A stretch of 64,000 nt of DNA from Candidatus Moanibacter sp. (GTDB lineage: Bacteria > Verrucomicrobiota > Verrucomicrobiia > Opitutales > UBA2987). The stretch lies in assembly GCA_965215885.1 (NCBI GenBank), contig CBDCEW010000099.1:32001-96000 (forward strand), in the 5' to 3' direction. The position numbers and the translations under genes were made by a program. Below, piece after piece: positions 40,726 to 50,729 of the stretch (its first letter is position 1; each line of letters begins with the position of its first letter). The notes beneath the pieces were generated by a model. That model was not told the DNA's origin. It saw only the letters and a program-made list of their open reading frames with translations, and ran no database searches.

Positions 40726-42208
40726 GCCTCGTCAGCAGAATCTGTGGGTTATTTCGGGTTCAGGCAAGTCGCCCATGGTATGAAATAGGGCGATCTTAAG
40801 CACTTCGAAGCTCTTAAAGCCGTATGCTTTTCTGATAGTGAGATTTATATTGCGGTTAAAGCCCTCCACAATGCCGCAGGAAAAGGCCTTTTTGGCCCGA
40901 AACCAGTTGAGGATGAGCGGCTCGTGTTTGCGCACCGAGCGCACGAACCTTTTGATCGGTTTGAGGCGCGAACGCATGGCGCGCGTGCACCATTTTTTCA
41001 GATACCATTGGGCCCAGTAGGGACTTTTATAATGCCACAAGAGCTGAAAGCTCTCCTTTAGTAGATAGGCCCGCACGCTCTTCAGATCGTATTGGAGCAC
41101 CTCCTTGAGGCGGATCTGTTGGGTGGGGGTGAGATTTTGCGGATTTTTGAAGAAACAGTATTTGCTTTTGACCAGCACGTTGATGTAGCCGTCCCGTTGC
41201 AATCGCCTGGCTTCCGCAGCACGAATCTCATTGAGGGCCTTGTTCAGGTTGGCTACCAAGTGGAAGCGATCGAGGATGTGCAGCGCCTGGGGTGCCTTTT
41301 TCTTGATCACTTTGAGGTAAGGCTTCCACAGATCCGAGCAGACGTAGAGGATCTGGCTGCTCTTTTGCGCTCCCAATTCCCAGAAAAAACGCAAGAGCGA
41401 TTTTACGTTGCGCTTATTGAATACGCCCAATAGCCGCCGCCGCCCCTCGTCAAGCTGGTAGACCACGGTGAGATAGTGATGGCCTCGATGATACTGCACC
41501 TCATCGACTCCGATCGCCTCAATCCCGCTCATATCGCGCCGTTTGAGCCCCCAACGCACCATCGCCTCGACCGACTCGAAGACGTTGCGCCAGTTCGTGC
41601 GAAAAACCCTTGCCGTCTCTTCCCAGCTCAAGCGCCTCGCCCACTGGGCCAGAAACCATTGCATTGGCCAACTCAGATGACTCTTGCCCTTGGCCCAGGG
41701 CACCTCTTCGACCTTCACCCCGCACCGCCGGCAATTGACCCGCCGCATGCGGTAACGAAAATACACCTTCATCCCCCACAAGGGCACAAATTCAAAATGC
41801 CTCGCCTCGCTCATGTGGTCGTAGCCGCTGGCCGTCCGGCCACACCCCGAACAGCACACCCGACTATTCTTGCGCGGCTCAATCTGCACCACAATCGCCT
41901 CCACCGATTTCACCATTTCCATACTCGCCTTTGCGTAAACAAAGCTCTTGAGCCAATAGCACCGATTCAGTAGCGTTTTGATGAGCACTGGGTCCTCCGT
42001 GTTCAGGATGTATTTTCGGTACTACTTTCATCCTCGGAACGGCCCGGTGCTTCAACCTTTCAATCCCATATGCAAAGAAAACACCGACCAGCCCCTCCGG
42101 CTGTGGAGGAGCGGGATTCAGGGCAGCGCCCTGACTTCTCCTTGTGCTCACCGACTCTATTTCCTCTTGTAAGCGACGTTACCCACCCACAGATTCTGCT
42201 GTAGACCC
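40726..42208 (-). mobile_element. ISL3-family insertion sequence, intact
   Basis: IRs share CAGCAGAATCTGTGGGT; 8-bp target duplication AAACTGAT at 40718-40725 and 42209-42216. Confidence 0.95.
40732..41988 (-). CDS. ISL3 transposase
   Basis: Zinc-finger CxxC motifs, IGVDE, CSDLW, LDRFH, VEGFN, AYGF. Confidence 0.95.
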   Translation of the reverse strand: MLIKTLLNRCYWLKSFVYAKASMEMVKSVEAIVVQIEPRKNSRVCCSGCGRTASGYDHMSEARHFEFVPLWGMKVYFRYRMRRVNCRRCGVKVEEVPWAKGKSHLSWPMQWFLAQWARRLSWEETARVFRTNWRNVFESVEAMVRWGLKRRDMSGIEAIGVDEVQYHRGHHYLTVVYQLDEGRRRLLGVFNKRNVKSLLRFFWELGAQKSSQILYVCSDLWKPYLKVIKKKAPQALHILDRFHLVANLNKALNEIRAAEARRLQRDGYINVLVKSKYCFFKNPQNLTPTQQIRLKEVLQYDLKSVRAYLLKESFQLLWHYKSPYWAQWYLKKWCTRAMRSRLKPIKRFVRSVRKHEPLILNWFRAKKAFSCGIVEGFNRNINLTIRKAYGFKSFEVLKIALFHTMGDLPEPEITHRFC

Positions 42209-42323
42209 AAACTGATTAATTAATAGTTATCCGCAATATGGGTAGTGAAAGTAGAAAGTGGGAATAAACGTCCCCGGAGGGGCCGTTCCACCCGTGAGAT
42301 CCGAGTATCTGGTTCACAATTCG

Positions 42324-43133
42324 CTAAATCTTGGGCACTGCGGCCAGGAGTTTTCGAGTGTAATCGTTTTTCGCTTCGGTGTAGATTTGAGAGGAAGTCG
42401 CCTGCTCCACAATTTTTCCGTTGTTCATTACGAGAACAAAGTCGCTCAGGTGTTCGATCACGGCGAGGTCGTGTGCGATGAACAAATAAGTAAGTCCCAG
42501 TTCTTCCTGCAAGTCCTGGAGAAGGTTAATGATCTGCGCCTGGACTGAGACGTCGAGAGCGCTCACAGGCTCGTCGCAGATGATGAATTCGGGTTCGACC
42601 GCGAGCGCCCTTGCGATTCCAATACGTTGCCGCTGGCCGCCGCTGAATTCATGGGGATAGCGGTCGATATGCTCGTTCTCGAGACCGACTTTCTTCAGCA
42701 GTTCGACGACGCGTTCCCGTCTTTGCTCCTTGCTCCAGGTAGGAAAGTGAATCTCCAGTGGTTCTGATACGATCCCGTAGACGGTCATTCGAGGGTTGAG
42801 GCAGCCAAAGGGATCCTGGAAGACCATTTGAATGCGTTTTCGGTAGGGAAAGAATTCTTTCGTTGGCAATTTGGAGATTTCCTGGCCGGAGTAGGCGATT
42901 GAGCCGGAGTTTATCGAGACCAAACGGACGATGGCGCGACCAATCGTCGTCTTGCCGCTCCCGCTCTCACCCACGAGACCTACAGTAGAGCCGCGTAATA
43001 CCGAAAAGGAGACCCCGTCCACCGCTCTAATGGAACCGGCTTCGCGGCGCGTGACCCCGCCGCCGGTCACGGGAAAGTGCACCTTCAGGTCTCGGACCTC
43101 GAGGAGGTTCTGTTTGTTGGTCGGTTCGTGCAT
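42324..43133 (-). CDS. oppF: Peptide ABC ATP-binding protein
   Basis: [26 protein letters not shown]. Confidence 0.85.
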   Translation of the reverse strand: MHEPTNKQNLLEVRDLKVHFPVTGGGVTRREAGSIRAVDGVSFSVLRGSTVGLVGESGSGKTTIGRAIVRLVSINSGSIAYSGQEISKLPTKEFFPYRKRIQMVFQDPFGCLNPRMTVYGIVSEPLEIHFPTWSKEQRRERVVELLKKVGLENEHIDRYPHEFSGGQRQRIGIARALAVEPEFIICDEPVSALDVSVQAQIINLLQDLQEELGLTYLFIAHDLAVIEHLSDFVLVMNNGKIVEQATSSQIYTEAKNDYTRKLLAAVPKI

Positions 43134-43191
43134 TCGCTTTATTTCATGTTATTGGGTTCTGGTGAAAAAGGCGTGATTTCGGAATCAGTGA

Positions 43192-43264
43192 CCACGTTCT
43201 TGCGAACGCGGCTACAAAAAAGAACGACTTACCGAGCATCGTACCTGCGTTCCCAAGAACGTGG
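43192..43264. repeat. GTAG-type REP-like inverted doublet
   Basis: Same 24-mer and same 25-bp spacer length as 1620-1692. Confidence 0.7.
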
Positions 43265-43309
43265 GAATTTTTCAGCGGAATCCATTAATGTTTTTGTGAC
43301 TTTTTTCCA

Positions 43310-44158
43310 TCAGACTCCTAGAGCGGCGTAATCGATCGTGGTGAGGCGCCGTTGGTTTTTCCCGATTTGCGGGATACAGTCGATGAGGGCACGAGTGTAA
43401 GGATGTTGTGGTTTTTCCAGGATTTGCCGCGCTGGGCCGGACTCGACGATCTCGCCGCGAAACATCACGACCACATCGTCGGCGAAGTCAGAGACGATGC
43501 CGAAGTTGTGCGTTATGAGAATGACCGACATGGCTGTCTCCTCTCTGATTTGGCGCAAGAGATCCATAATCTGAGCCTGGATGGTGACGTCAAGAGCAGT
43601 GGTTGGTTCGTCCGCCACGAGCACACGCGGTTCGCAGGCGAGAGCCATCGCAATCATAACGCGTTGCTGCATACCCCCACTGAGTTGGTGGGGATAGTGG
43701 TCGACACGAGTATCCGGGTCTCTAATACTGACGCGTTCAAGGGAATCGATGACGCACTTTCTGACGTCTCTAACGTGCGGCAGGTGCAGTCTAATCGCTT
43801 CCGCTATCTGGTAGCCGATAGTGAAAACCGGATTGAGGGAGGAAGAGGGCTCTTGGAATATATAGGCGATTTCCTTTCCGCGGATTTTACGGATCTCTTT
43901 ACCAGCGAGGGCGAGGAGGTCCCTTCCTTCGAATATCACCCTACCGTCGATTATGCAGTTGGGCGGCTGAGGTAGGAGACGAGTGAGTGCCAGGGCGGAG
44001 ACCGTCTTTCCACTCCCGCTCTCTCCCACGATTGCTAAGGAACGGCCCGATTCGAGGACGAACGAGACACCCTTAACGGCTTCGTTCTCTTTGCCTCGAC
44101 TGAAGAAACTGACCCTGAGATTTCTGGCTTCGAGGATATTGGGAGTATTGTGTTTCAA
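43310..44158 (-). CDS. oppD: Peptide ABC ATP-binding protein
   Basis: [25 protein letters not shown]. Confidence 0.85.
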   Translation of the reverse strand: MKHNTPNILEARNLRVSFFSRGKENEAVKGVSFVLESGRSLAIVGESGSGKTVSALALTRLLPQPPNCIIDGRVIFEGRDLLALAGKEIRKIRGKEIAYIFQEPSSSLNPVFTIGYQIAEAIRLHLPHVRDVRKCVIDSLERVSIRDPDTRVDHYPHQLSGGMQQRVMIAMALACEPRVLVADEPTTALDVTIQAQIMDLLRQIREETAMSVILITHNFGIVSDFADDVVVMFRGEIVESGPARQILEKPQHPYTRALIDCIPQIGKNQRRLTTIDYAALGV

Positions 44159-44209
44159 TATGCTTATCGGTTGGAAAGTGACGATTTACCGAGGTGCGCA
44201 TCGAGGCTC

Positions 44210-45916
44210 TTAGGCGAGGAAATTTCGAATGGATTGGCGACTCTCTCTGTTGCCCGGTCTAGGAACGGCGGAAACCAGTTCCCGCGTATAATCTTGTTTA
44301 GGAGATTCGATAACTTCAGTGGTGTCGCCCTCTTCGACAATTCTTCCATTTTTCATGACGACCGTCCGGTCTGCGATTTCCTTTACGACGCCCAGATCGT
44401 GTGTGATGAAGAGGTAAGAGAGGTTATATTTCTCCTGCAGATTAATGAGCAGGTCGAGAATTTGCGCCTGAATGGTTACGTCTAGCGCACTGACCGCCTC
44501 GTCACATACGATGAATTTGGGCTTCAGTGAGATTGCCCTTGCGATGCATATGCGCTGTCTTTGCCCTCCGGAAAACTCGTGAGGATAGCGGTGTCGATGA
44601 TCGGGTTCGAGGCCGACTTCACGCAACAGGCGAACGGCCGTGTCTTCTTTCGAGTCCGTTAATTCGCGGTGTTCCACGAGGCCTTCGGTCAGGATGTCCA
44701 GTACGGTCATTCTCGGATTCAGGGAAGAAAACGGGTCCTGAAAGATAATCTGCAGATCCCGGCGAAGTGGCTTGAACTGGCTCCGATTCAACGTCATCAG
44801 ATCCCGCTCCTCATAGTAGATCTCTCCCTCTTGCACCTTTTCCAGTCCCAGGATTGTCCGGCCCAGTGTCGTCTTTCCGCTGCCGGATTCTCCCACCAGG
44901 GCCAGCGTCTCACCGGGCCGAATAGCAAGGCTCACTCCATCCACCGCCTTGACATGACCAACGACCCGCGCGAATATTCCCCGTCGGATCGGAAACCAGG
45001 TTTTTAAATTGCGTATTCTGATGACCGCGGTTTCTTCCGGCTCGCCCTCTACGGAATCGCCGTTTAGCTCGCTCATTACCTCCAGGGGACGGCGACGGGG
45101 CGGAGAATTCAGACGTGGCACGGCAGCGAGGAGACTTCGTGTATAACTGTGTGCGGGACGCTCAAAAAGCTCTTCGATGGGACTTTCTTCGACAATTTGT
45201 GCCTCCTTCATGACAATGACGCGGTCACAGAGCTGCCAGATTACACCCATATCGTGTGTAATGAAGAGCAGCGAAGTCTTTTCGCTCTTCATCCGGATGA
45301 GGAGCTCAAAAATCTGTCGCTGCGTCGTGACATCCACGGCAGTTGTCGGCTCGTCCGCAATGATCAGACTGGGATTCAACATGACGACCATCGCAATCAT
45401 AGCCCGTTGCCGCATACCCCCGGAGAATTGAAAAGGGAAGGCGCGCATTCGCTCTTCCGGCTCCGGGATTCCGACCTTATCCAGCCAATCGACGCTCCTC
45501 TTCCAAGCCTCTTCTCTGGATATGGTTTGATGAAGAAGGAGAGATTCGACTAGCTGATCTCCGATCGTGTGAAGAGGAGATAGGGCAGTCATCGGTTCCT
45601 GAAAAATAATGCCGATCTCTCGACCGCGGACCTTCCTAAGTTCCTTAATAGGCAAGCTGAGAAGATCTCGGTCCTTGAAGCGTGCGGAGCCGGATTCAAT
45701 CTCTCCTGGGGGACAGTGAATAAGCCGCAGCATACTCATTCCGGTGACGGATTTACCACTACCGGACTCCCCAACGAGGCCGAGAATCTCGCCTTCATCG
45801 ATATGAAAATTCACATCTCTGACGGCTGTAACCTTCAATTCCTCCGTCCTGAAGGAAACGGTCAGGTTCTTAACCTCGAGGAGTCTCTTCACAGCATCAC
45901 TCATTTTGCGATCCAC
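44210..45916 (-). CDS. Double-NBD peptide ABC ATP-binding protein (YejF-like)
   Basis: Two full Walker A/signature/Walker B sets. Confidence 0.9.
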   Translation of the reverse strand: MDRKMSDAVKRLLEVKNLTVSFRTEELKVTAVRDVNFHIDEGEILGLVGESGSGKSVTGMSMLRLIHCPPGEIESGSARFKDRDLLSLPIKELRKVRGREIGIIFQEPMTALSPLHTIGDQLVESLLLHQTISREEAWKRSVDWLDKVGIPEPEERMRAFPFQFSGGMRQRAMIAMVVMLNPSLIIADEPTTAVDVTTQRQIFELLIRMKSEKTSLLFITHDMGVIWQLCDRVIVMKEAQIVEESPIEELFERPAHSYTRSLLAAVPRLNSPPRRRPLEVMSELNGDSVEGEPEETAVIRIRNLKTWFPIRRGIFARVVGHVKAVDGVSLAIRPGETLALVGESGSGKTTLGRTILGLEKVQEGEIYYEERDLMTLNRSQFKPLRRDLQIIFQDPFSSLNPRMTVLDILTEGLVEHRELTDSKEDTAVRLLREVGLEPDHRHRYPHEFSGGQRQRICIARAISLKPKFIVCDEAVSALDVTIQAQILDLLINLQEKYNLSYLFITHDLGVVKEIADRTVVMKNGRIVEEGDTTEVIESPKQDYTRELVSAVPRPGNRESRQSIRNFLA

Positions 45917-45963
45917 CCCATTGATTCAATAATTCGAGAAGTGATGGGTCAAGACCATGGGGG

Positions 45964-47553
45964 CTACTCGATTTTACTGTTAGTACGTGGATCAAATGCA
46001 CTCCTAACGCCTTCGCCGATAAATACACCGAAGAGGACGACGACGAAAAGCGCGGTGGACGGATAGAGGACAAGCCACCAGGCGTAGCGGAATTCCTGGG
46101 CTTGAGAAAGAAGCTCTCCCCAACTGGGAGTTGGAGGCGGAAGGCCAAATCCGAGATAGTCCAGGGCGGCAAGGACGCCGATGGCTCCGACCAATGAAAA
46201 AGGAAAAAACGTGATGATGGGCACTAGTCCGTTTGGAAGGATATGCTTGAAGACGACTTTGAAAGTCGAGAGCCCCATGCAATGGGCAGACTCAACGAAA
46301 GGCTGTTTCCGCAACCTGAGAAACTCGGCGCGCATATAATAGGAGATACCGATCCAATTGAATAGACCGTAAAGGAATAGCAGGATGACGAAACTTCGGC
46401 CGTAAACTGATCCGATGAGGATGAGAATATAGATGAAGGGAAGTGATTCCCAGATTTCGATTAGCCGTTGGCCAGCGAGATCCGTTTTGCCTCCGTAGTA
46501 ACCCTGGAGTGCGCCGAAAAGGATTCCGATTACCATTGTCGAGCAGACCAGAAGGAATCCGAAATTGAGAGACGTACGAAGGGCATAGATGATCCGCACG
46601 AGCACATCGCGACCGGAGCTGTCCAATCCCATTATGTGGCTTTTTGTCGGCCGATACGGGAAATAGAAATCTTCTTTTTCGAAATTTACGCGAAACTGTC
46701 GGTCACCGATCACGATCGTTTCGAAGGCCACTGCCTGATCAAAGCGATCTTTGACCTTTTCGAGCAATGCCTCTCTTTGCATCTCGGCGAGATTTTCCCA
46801 GAGGGGAGGCGGCTTTGTTTTTGGCCTCAATTCCGAATCAAACTCAATCTCTTCCGAAGCTTCAGCTTGAACAATCTCGCGCAGGGTTAAACGTACCGAT
46901 TTGGGCGGTCCTACTCTGGGTTCATATTGCGAGAGGGAGATAGTGACTCTCACGCCTTCGGAATTCTCGGTGTCGGAGGACAGGGAGGGCATGAATCGGT
47001 TTTGGAATCGTCCGGAGACGGCCTCTTCGATCTTTTCCGGAATTCGAAAACGTTCTCTTACCGATAGATCCCGGACAGATCTGTCGCGATCGACAGCGAA
47101 AAAATAGGCGCTCCCCCGGGATCGACTAATGCTATAGTCCGTGCGAATATTTACGGTAGCAACCCGCTGGTTCCGCTCAAAACGAACCGTTACGCCTTCA
47201 GTAAAATCAATCGAATCCTTAGAGACGCTTTCGTTGGGTTCGTAGGGGAACGGTGAAAAGATGACAACATTACCTGGGTTCTTGCCAAAGTTAGGATCTT
47301 GAGCCAGTTGCTTGTAATCGGGTCTGGTCAGACGCCCGTTCTTCAGGAATGTGTCTTCGGGATAGTAGAAGAGAATAGGCAGATATACTTTCCCTTCATA
47401 GCGGAGAAACAGGGGAAGATTGTTACAGAGCAGGTTCGCCATGAGGCCAATAACATAGAGAATGAGGAGAGCCCAGAATGACCAGTAGGCGCGCTTGATC
47501 TGTCTAAAGCGACCAAGACGCCTTTTAGTAATCGGGTTGAGGTTCAGTCGCAT
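45964..47553 (-). CDS. Peptide ABC permease (YejE-like) with an enlarged extracytoplasmic loop
   Basis: KRAYWS, GRDV, LDYLGFGLP, IGEGVRSAFDP. Confidence 0.88.
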   Translation of the reverse strand: MRLNLNPITKRRLGRFRQIKRAYWSFWALLILYVIGLMANLLCNNLPLFLRYEGKVYLPILFYYPEDTFLKNGRLTRPDYKQLAQDPNFGKNPGNVVIFSPFPYEPNESVSKDSIDFTEGVTVRFERNQRVATVNIRTDYSISRSRGSAYFFAVDRDRSVRDLSVRERFRIPEKIEEAVSGRFQNRFMPSLSSDTENSEGVRVTISLSQYEPRVGPPKSVRLTLREIVQAEASEEIEFDSELRPKTKPPPLWENLAEMQREALLEKVKDRFDQAVAFETIVIGDRQFRVNFEKEDFYFPYRPTKSHIMGLDSSGRDVLVRIIYALRTSLNFGFLLVCSTMVIGILFGALQGYYGGKTDLAGQRLIEIWESLPFIYILILIGSVYGRSFVILLFLYGLFNWIGISYYMRAEFLRLRKQPFVESAHCMGLSTFKVVFKHILPNGLVPIITFFPFSLVGAIGVLAALDYLGFGLPPPTPSWGELLSQAQEFRYAWWLVLYPSTALFVVVLFGVFIGEGVRSAFDPRTNSKIE

Positions 47554-47557
47554 CGTC

Positions 47558-48601
47558 TTATTGTGAAGAAAAAGTGATCCTCGGATCGATCAGTAGATAG
47601 CAGAAATCAGAAAGGATCCGTCCAATCAGACCCAGAAGTGAAGTGAGCGCGAGAATCCCCATGAAAACCATATAGTCTCTGCTGATGATTGCATCGAGAC
47701 TGAGAAGGCCCATGCCGGGAATTTCGAAGACCTTCTCGATGAGGACGGAACCGGCAAACATGAGGGTCATGATACTTCCGAATCCCGTCGCTATGGGTAT
47801 CAATGCGTTGCGCAGGGCGTGTCCCCAAACGGCGCGATTCATAGTGCCCCCTTTAGCAAGAACGGTCCTTACGTAATCTTGTCCGATCTGATCCAATAGA
47901 GAGTTTTTCATTAAGAGCGTAAGGACGGCGAAATTCCCGATGACATAGCATGAGACCGGAAGGAACATGTGCATAAACTGATCTTTCACTTTGTCCCAGA
48001 AGGAGAGCGATTCGAAGTCATCAGAACGGAAGCCGCCAAGGGGAAAGATGTCGAAGAAGTGTTCGGATGTGCCTGACAGAAAAAGCTTTAGCAGCATACC
48101 GAAGGCGAAGGCTGGAATTGCATAGCCAACAAAGACGACAACGCTCGAAACGAGATCGAAGACGGTACCGTTTCGCAGCGCTTTGGCTATTCCTAACGGG
48201 ATGCAAATTAAATAGGTGAGGACGAATCCGGTTATTCCGAATGTGAGCGAGATCGGAAATCGTTCAATAATGAGCTGCCAGACGGTCTTGTTCGTGTACT
48301 TATAGGAGTCGACGGTCATCCCCATACGGTGCACCACGAGCCACTCCCAATAGCGTGTCAGGATTGGCTTATCGAATCCGAAATGAGTCTCCAGTGCTTC
48401 TCGCTGTTTTTCCGAAATTGACTCCGAGGGTAAAGTCGCGCTACCGGCTTCCGCGCCGCCGATACCCCTCATTTGCATCATGATCTGTTCGACCGGACCC
48501 CCGGGGACAAACTGGCAGAGGACGAAGCAGCTTATCGTTATGCCTATAAACGTCGGTATGACGAGGAGGAGTCGCCGCAAGAAATAGCTGAGACGGTCCA
48601 T
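47558..48601 (-). CDS. Peptide ABC permease (YejB-like)
   Basis: YFLRRLLLVIPT, PGGPVEQ, FGFDKP, HALRNAL. The start is trimmed because the longer ORF runs into repeats. Confidence 0.9.
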   Translation of the reverse strand: MDRLSYFLRRLLLVIPTFIGITISCFVLCQFVPGGPVEQIMMQMRGIGGAEAGSATLPSESISEKQREALETHFGFDKPILTRYWEWLVVHRMGMTVDSYKYTNKTVWQLIIERFPISLTFGITGFVLTYLICIPLGIAKALRNGTVFDLVSSVVVFVGYAIPAFAFGMLLKLFLSGTSEHFFDIFPLGGFRSDDFESLSFWDKVKDQFMHMFLPVSCYVIGNFAVLTLLMKNSLLDQIGQDYVRTVLAKGGTMNRAVWGHALRNALIPIATGFGSIMTLMFAGSVLIEKVFEIPGMGLLSLDAIISRDYMVFMGILALTSLLGLIGRILSDFCYLLIDPRITFSSQ

Positions 48602-48868
48602 TAGGAATCTGTCGATCTTTGCCCGGAAATACTGTGAGATATCCGGGTTAGCAGCCTGTCGGACTTTGCTTTCAATGGGACCAGTCCAAGTGATTCTGGT
48701 CAGCCACTCGCCTGTCATTGCGAGCGCAGCGTGGCAATCCACGGTTAGGAAGGTGCGAAAACCTGGATTGCTTCGTCATTCTTCCTCGCAATGACAGGGT
48801 TCGCATGTTTTCGTGGCTTGTTGCGCCGACGTTTTCATCTTTTCATTCTAAGTCCGACAGGCTGTTAG
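48602..48868. repeat. Nested repeats: family-B element (48648-48868) containing an 88-bp palindrome (48711-48798), preceded by A/B remnants
   Basis: IRs TAGCAGCCTGTCGGACTT/AAGTCCGACAGGCTGTTA; stem CCTGTCATTGCGAG/CTCGCAATGACAGG. Confidence 0.8.
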
Positions 48869-48887
48869 CTCACCGGTGGGCTCAGGT

Positions 48888-50687
48888 TTACTTTTCACCA
48901 CCCTCAAAGGCGTCATCGAAAACAACCTTGAATGACTTTGAAGGAAGCGCTTGGCCGGAGCTTATGGCCTCTTCCAGATCAGCCTCAGAATCGGGGTCTA
49001 CCCACCAGTAGGAGTAGGCGGCTTGTTCGTCTCCATATTTGTCGAGAATTGTTTCGGGCATCCCGAATTTGTTCCAATAGAGAAGCCGTGTATAATTGAT
49101 GTTCCAGAGAAGAATGTAGGGCACCTGACTGTAGACGATGGAGTCAACCTCCCGAACGATCGCGTTCCGTTTTTCAATATTAAAGATGGCTCGCTGTTGA
49201 TCGATCAGCGAGTCGACCCGTTGGTCCATAAAGCCGGTTATATTGTTACCGGAAGGGCGATTCGCCTCTTTGGAGTGCCACATACTCTCCGGGTCCTTCC
49301 AAATTCCGGCTCCCCAGGCCGCCCAGGTCATATCGTAATTGTATTCATCCATATCTCGCGCCCAGGCAGCCCAATCCTTCTTATCGATTATGAGGTCGAT
49401 GCCGACGTCTTTCAGATCTTCCTTATAGATGACGAGGAACTTATCTGAAGAAGCGGAGCGTGTGAGAAACTTGATCAGAAACGATTTTCCTTCTTTCTCG
49501 AGAATTCCGGTTTTCGGATTGGCCTCCCAACCCGCCTCCTTGAGGAGATGCCGGGCGGCTTCCTTGTCGAAAAGAATGAGCGCATTCGGGTTAGGATGTT
49601 CACGATCGTAGAGGTCCTCGTAGTAGGACTTGTGAAGAAAATACTGGTTGTGCATGAGGTTTGCGTTCATCTTCTCGCGATCCAGGAGATGGGCGAGGGC
49701 TTTCCTGACTTTCAGGTCGTCGAAAGGTTTCCTCCTCATGTTCATGGCGAACCCCTGGAATCCGACCGGGTTGTAATTATAGACCTGCTGCTTGACGATA
49801 TGATTGCGCATAAACCTCTCACCATTGGTCTGCTGGACCCAGCGGTGCGAAGTATAGACTGCGAAAAAATCTATCTCACCTTTCTTGTAGGCTTCGTAAG
49901 CGGTTTCTCTCTCCGCGTAGAAACGAAACTCGAGGGTTTGAAAGTTGCCTGTGCCCTGGGCACGCTTCCCCTCCCGGTTCCACCAATCATCGCGCCTCTC
50001 CAGTCGTACATATTGTCCCTCTTTGACTTCACCGAGCCGGTATAACCCGGAGGCAACCGGAAACTCGAAATTAATCTTATTGAAGTCCTGGTCCTCGAAA
50101 ATGTGTTTTGGCAGGATTTCGAATCCTCCCAGGGAGAGTAGATTTCTCCAATGCACCTCTTTCGCCTTGAAGCGTATGGTTCGTTCATCGAGGATCTCCG
50201 GCGTATCGAATTTCTCCAGCGCCACTTTGTGTGGACCAGTTAGATTTTCCGGTTTCATGATCGCGTCGTATGTCCACTTGACATCGAGCGCCGTGATCGG
50301 TTTTCCATCACTCCATTGCGCTTTTTCAGACAGTTTAAAGGTAAAAGTCATCTTGTCGTCAGAGACCGTCCACTGCGCGGAGAGGCCGGGCTCATGGGCG
50401 AGGGTAATGGGGTTGTTAGTGAGCAGTGATTCGAAAAGGAGACTGAAGAGCCGTGCGTTGAATACGTTATTGTCGAGATAGTAGTTAAAGCTCTTCGGAT
50501 ACTGTGAGGCAAAGGCAGAGAGTTTGCCGCCTATTTCCGCGTCCGGGCTGGCCAACGGGTTGTATTGGTCTTCCCAGTCCGATGCCGGATACGTCTTTTC
50601 TGCCGCGCTCATCGTTGCGCCACTGATCAGAACCGCGAGAATGAGCACGAGCGCTTGTTTCATTTGGTATTTATTAATAGACTTCAT
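48888..50687 (-). CDS. Peptide ABC substrate-binding protein (YejA-like)
   Basis: Signal peptide, LFESLL, WSDGKPITA.DV, C-terminal WWVD. Confidence 0.9.
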   Translation of the reverse strand: MKSINKYQMKQALVLILAVLISGATMSAAEKTYPASDWEDQYNPLASPDAEIGGKLSAFASQYPKSFNYYLDNNVFNARLFSLLFESLLTNNPITLAHEPGLSAQWTVSDDKMTFTFKLSEKAQWSDGKPITALDVKWTYDAIMKPENLTGPHKVALEKFDTPEILDERTIRFKAKEVHWRNLLSLGGFEILPKHIFEDQDFNKINFEFPVASGLYRLGEVKEGQYVRLERRDDWWNREGKRAQGTGNFQTLEFRFYAERETAYEAYKKGEIDFFAVYTSHRWVQQTNGERFMRNHIVKQQVYNYNPVGFQGFAMNMRRKPFDDLKVRKALAHLLDREKMNANLMHNQYFLHKSYYEDLYDREHPNPNALILFDKEAARHLLKEAGWEANPKTGILEKEGKSFLIKFLTRSASSDKFLVIYKEDLKDVGIDLIIDKKDWAAWARDMDEYNYDMTWAAWGAGIWKDPESMWHSKEANRPSGNNITGFMDQRVDSLIDQQRAIFNIEKRNAIVREVDSIVYSQVPYILLWNINYTRLLYWNKFGMPETILDKYGDEQAAYSYWWVDPDSEADLEEAISSGQALPSKSFKVVFDDAFEGGEK

Positions 50688-50729
50688 TGTAATCTTGGGA
50701 GCGTCGCATCAACGATCGGGTTCCTTAGT

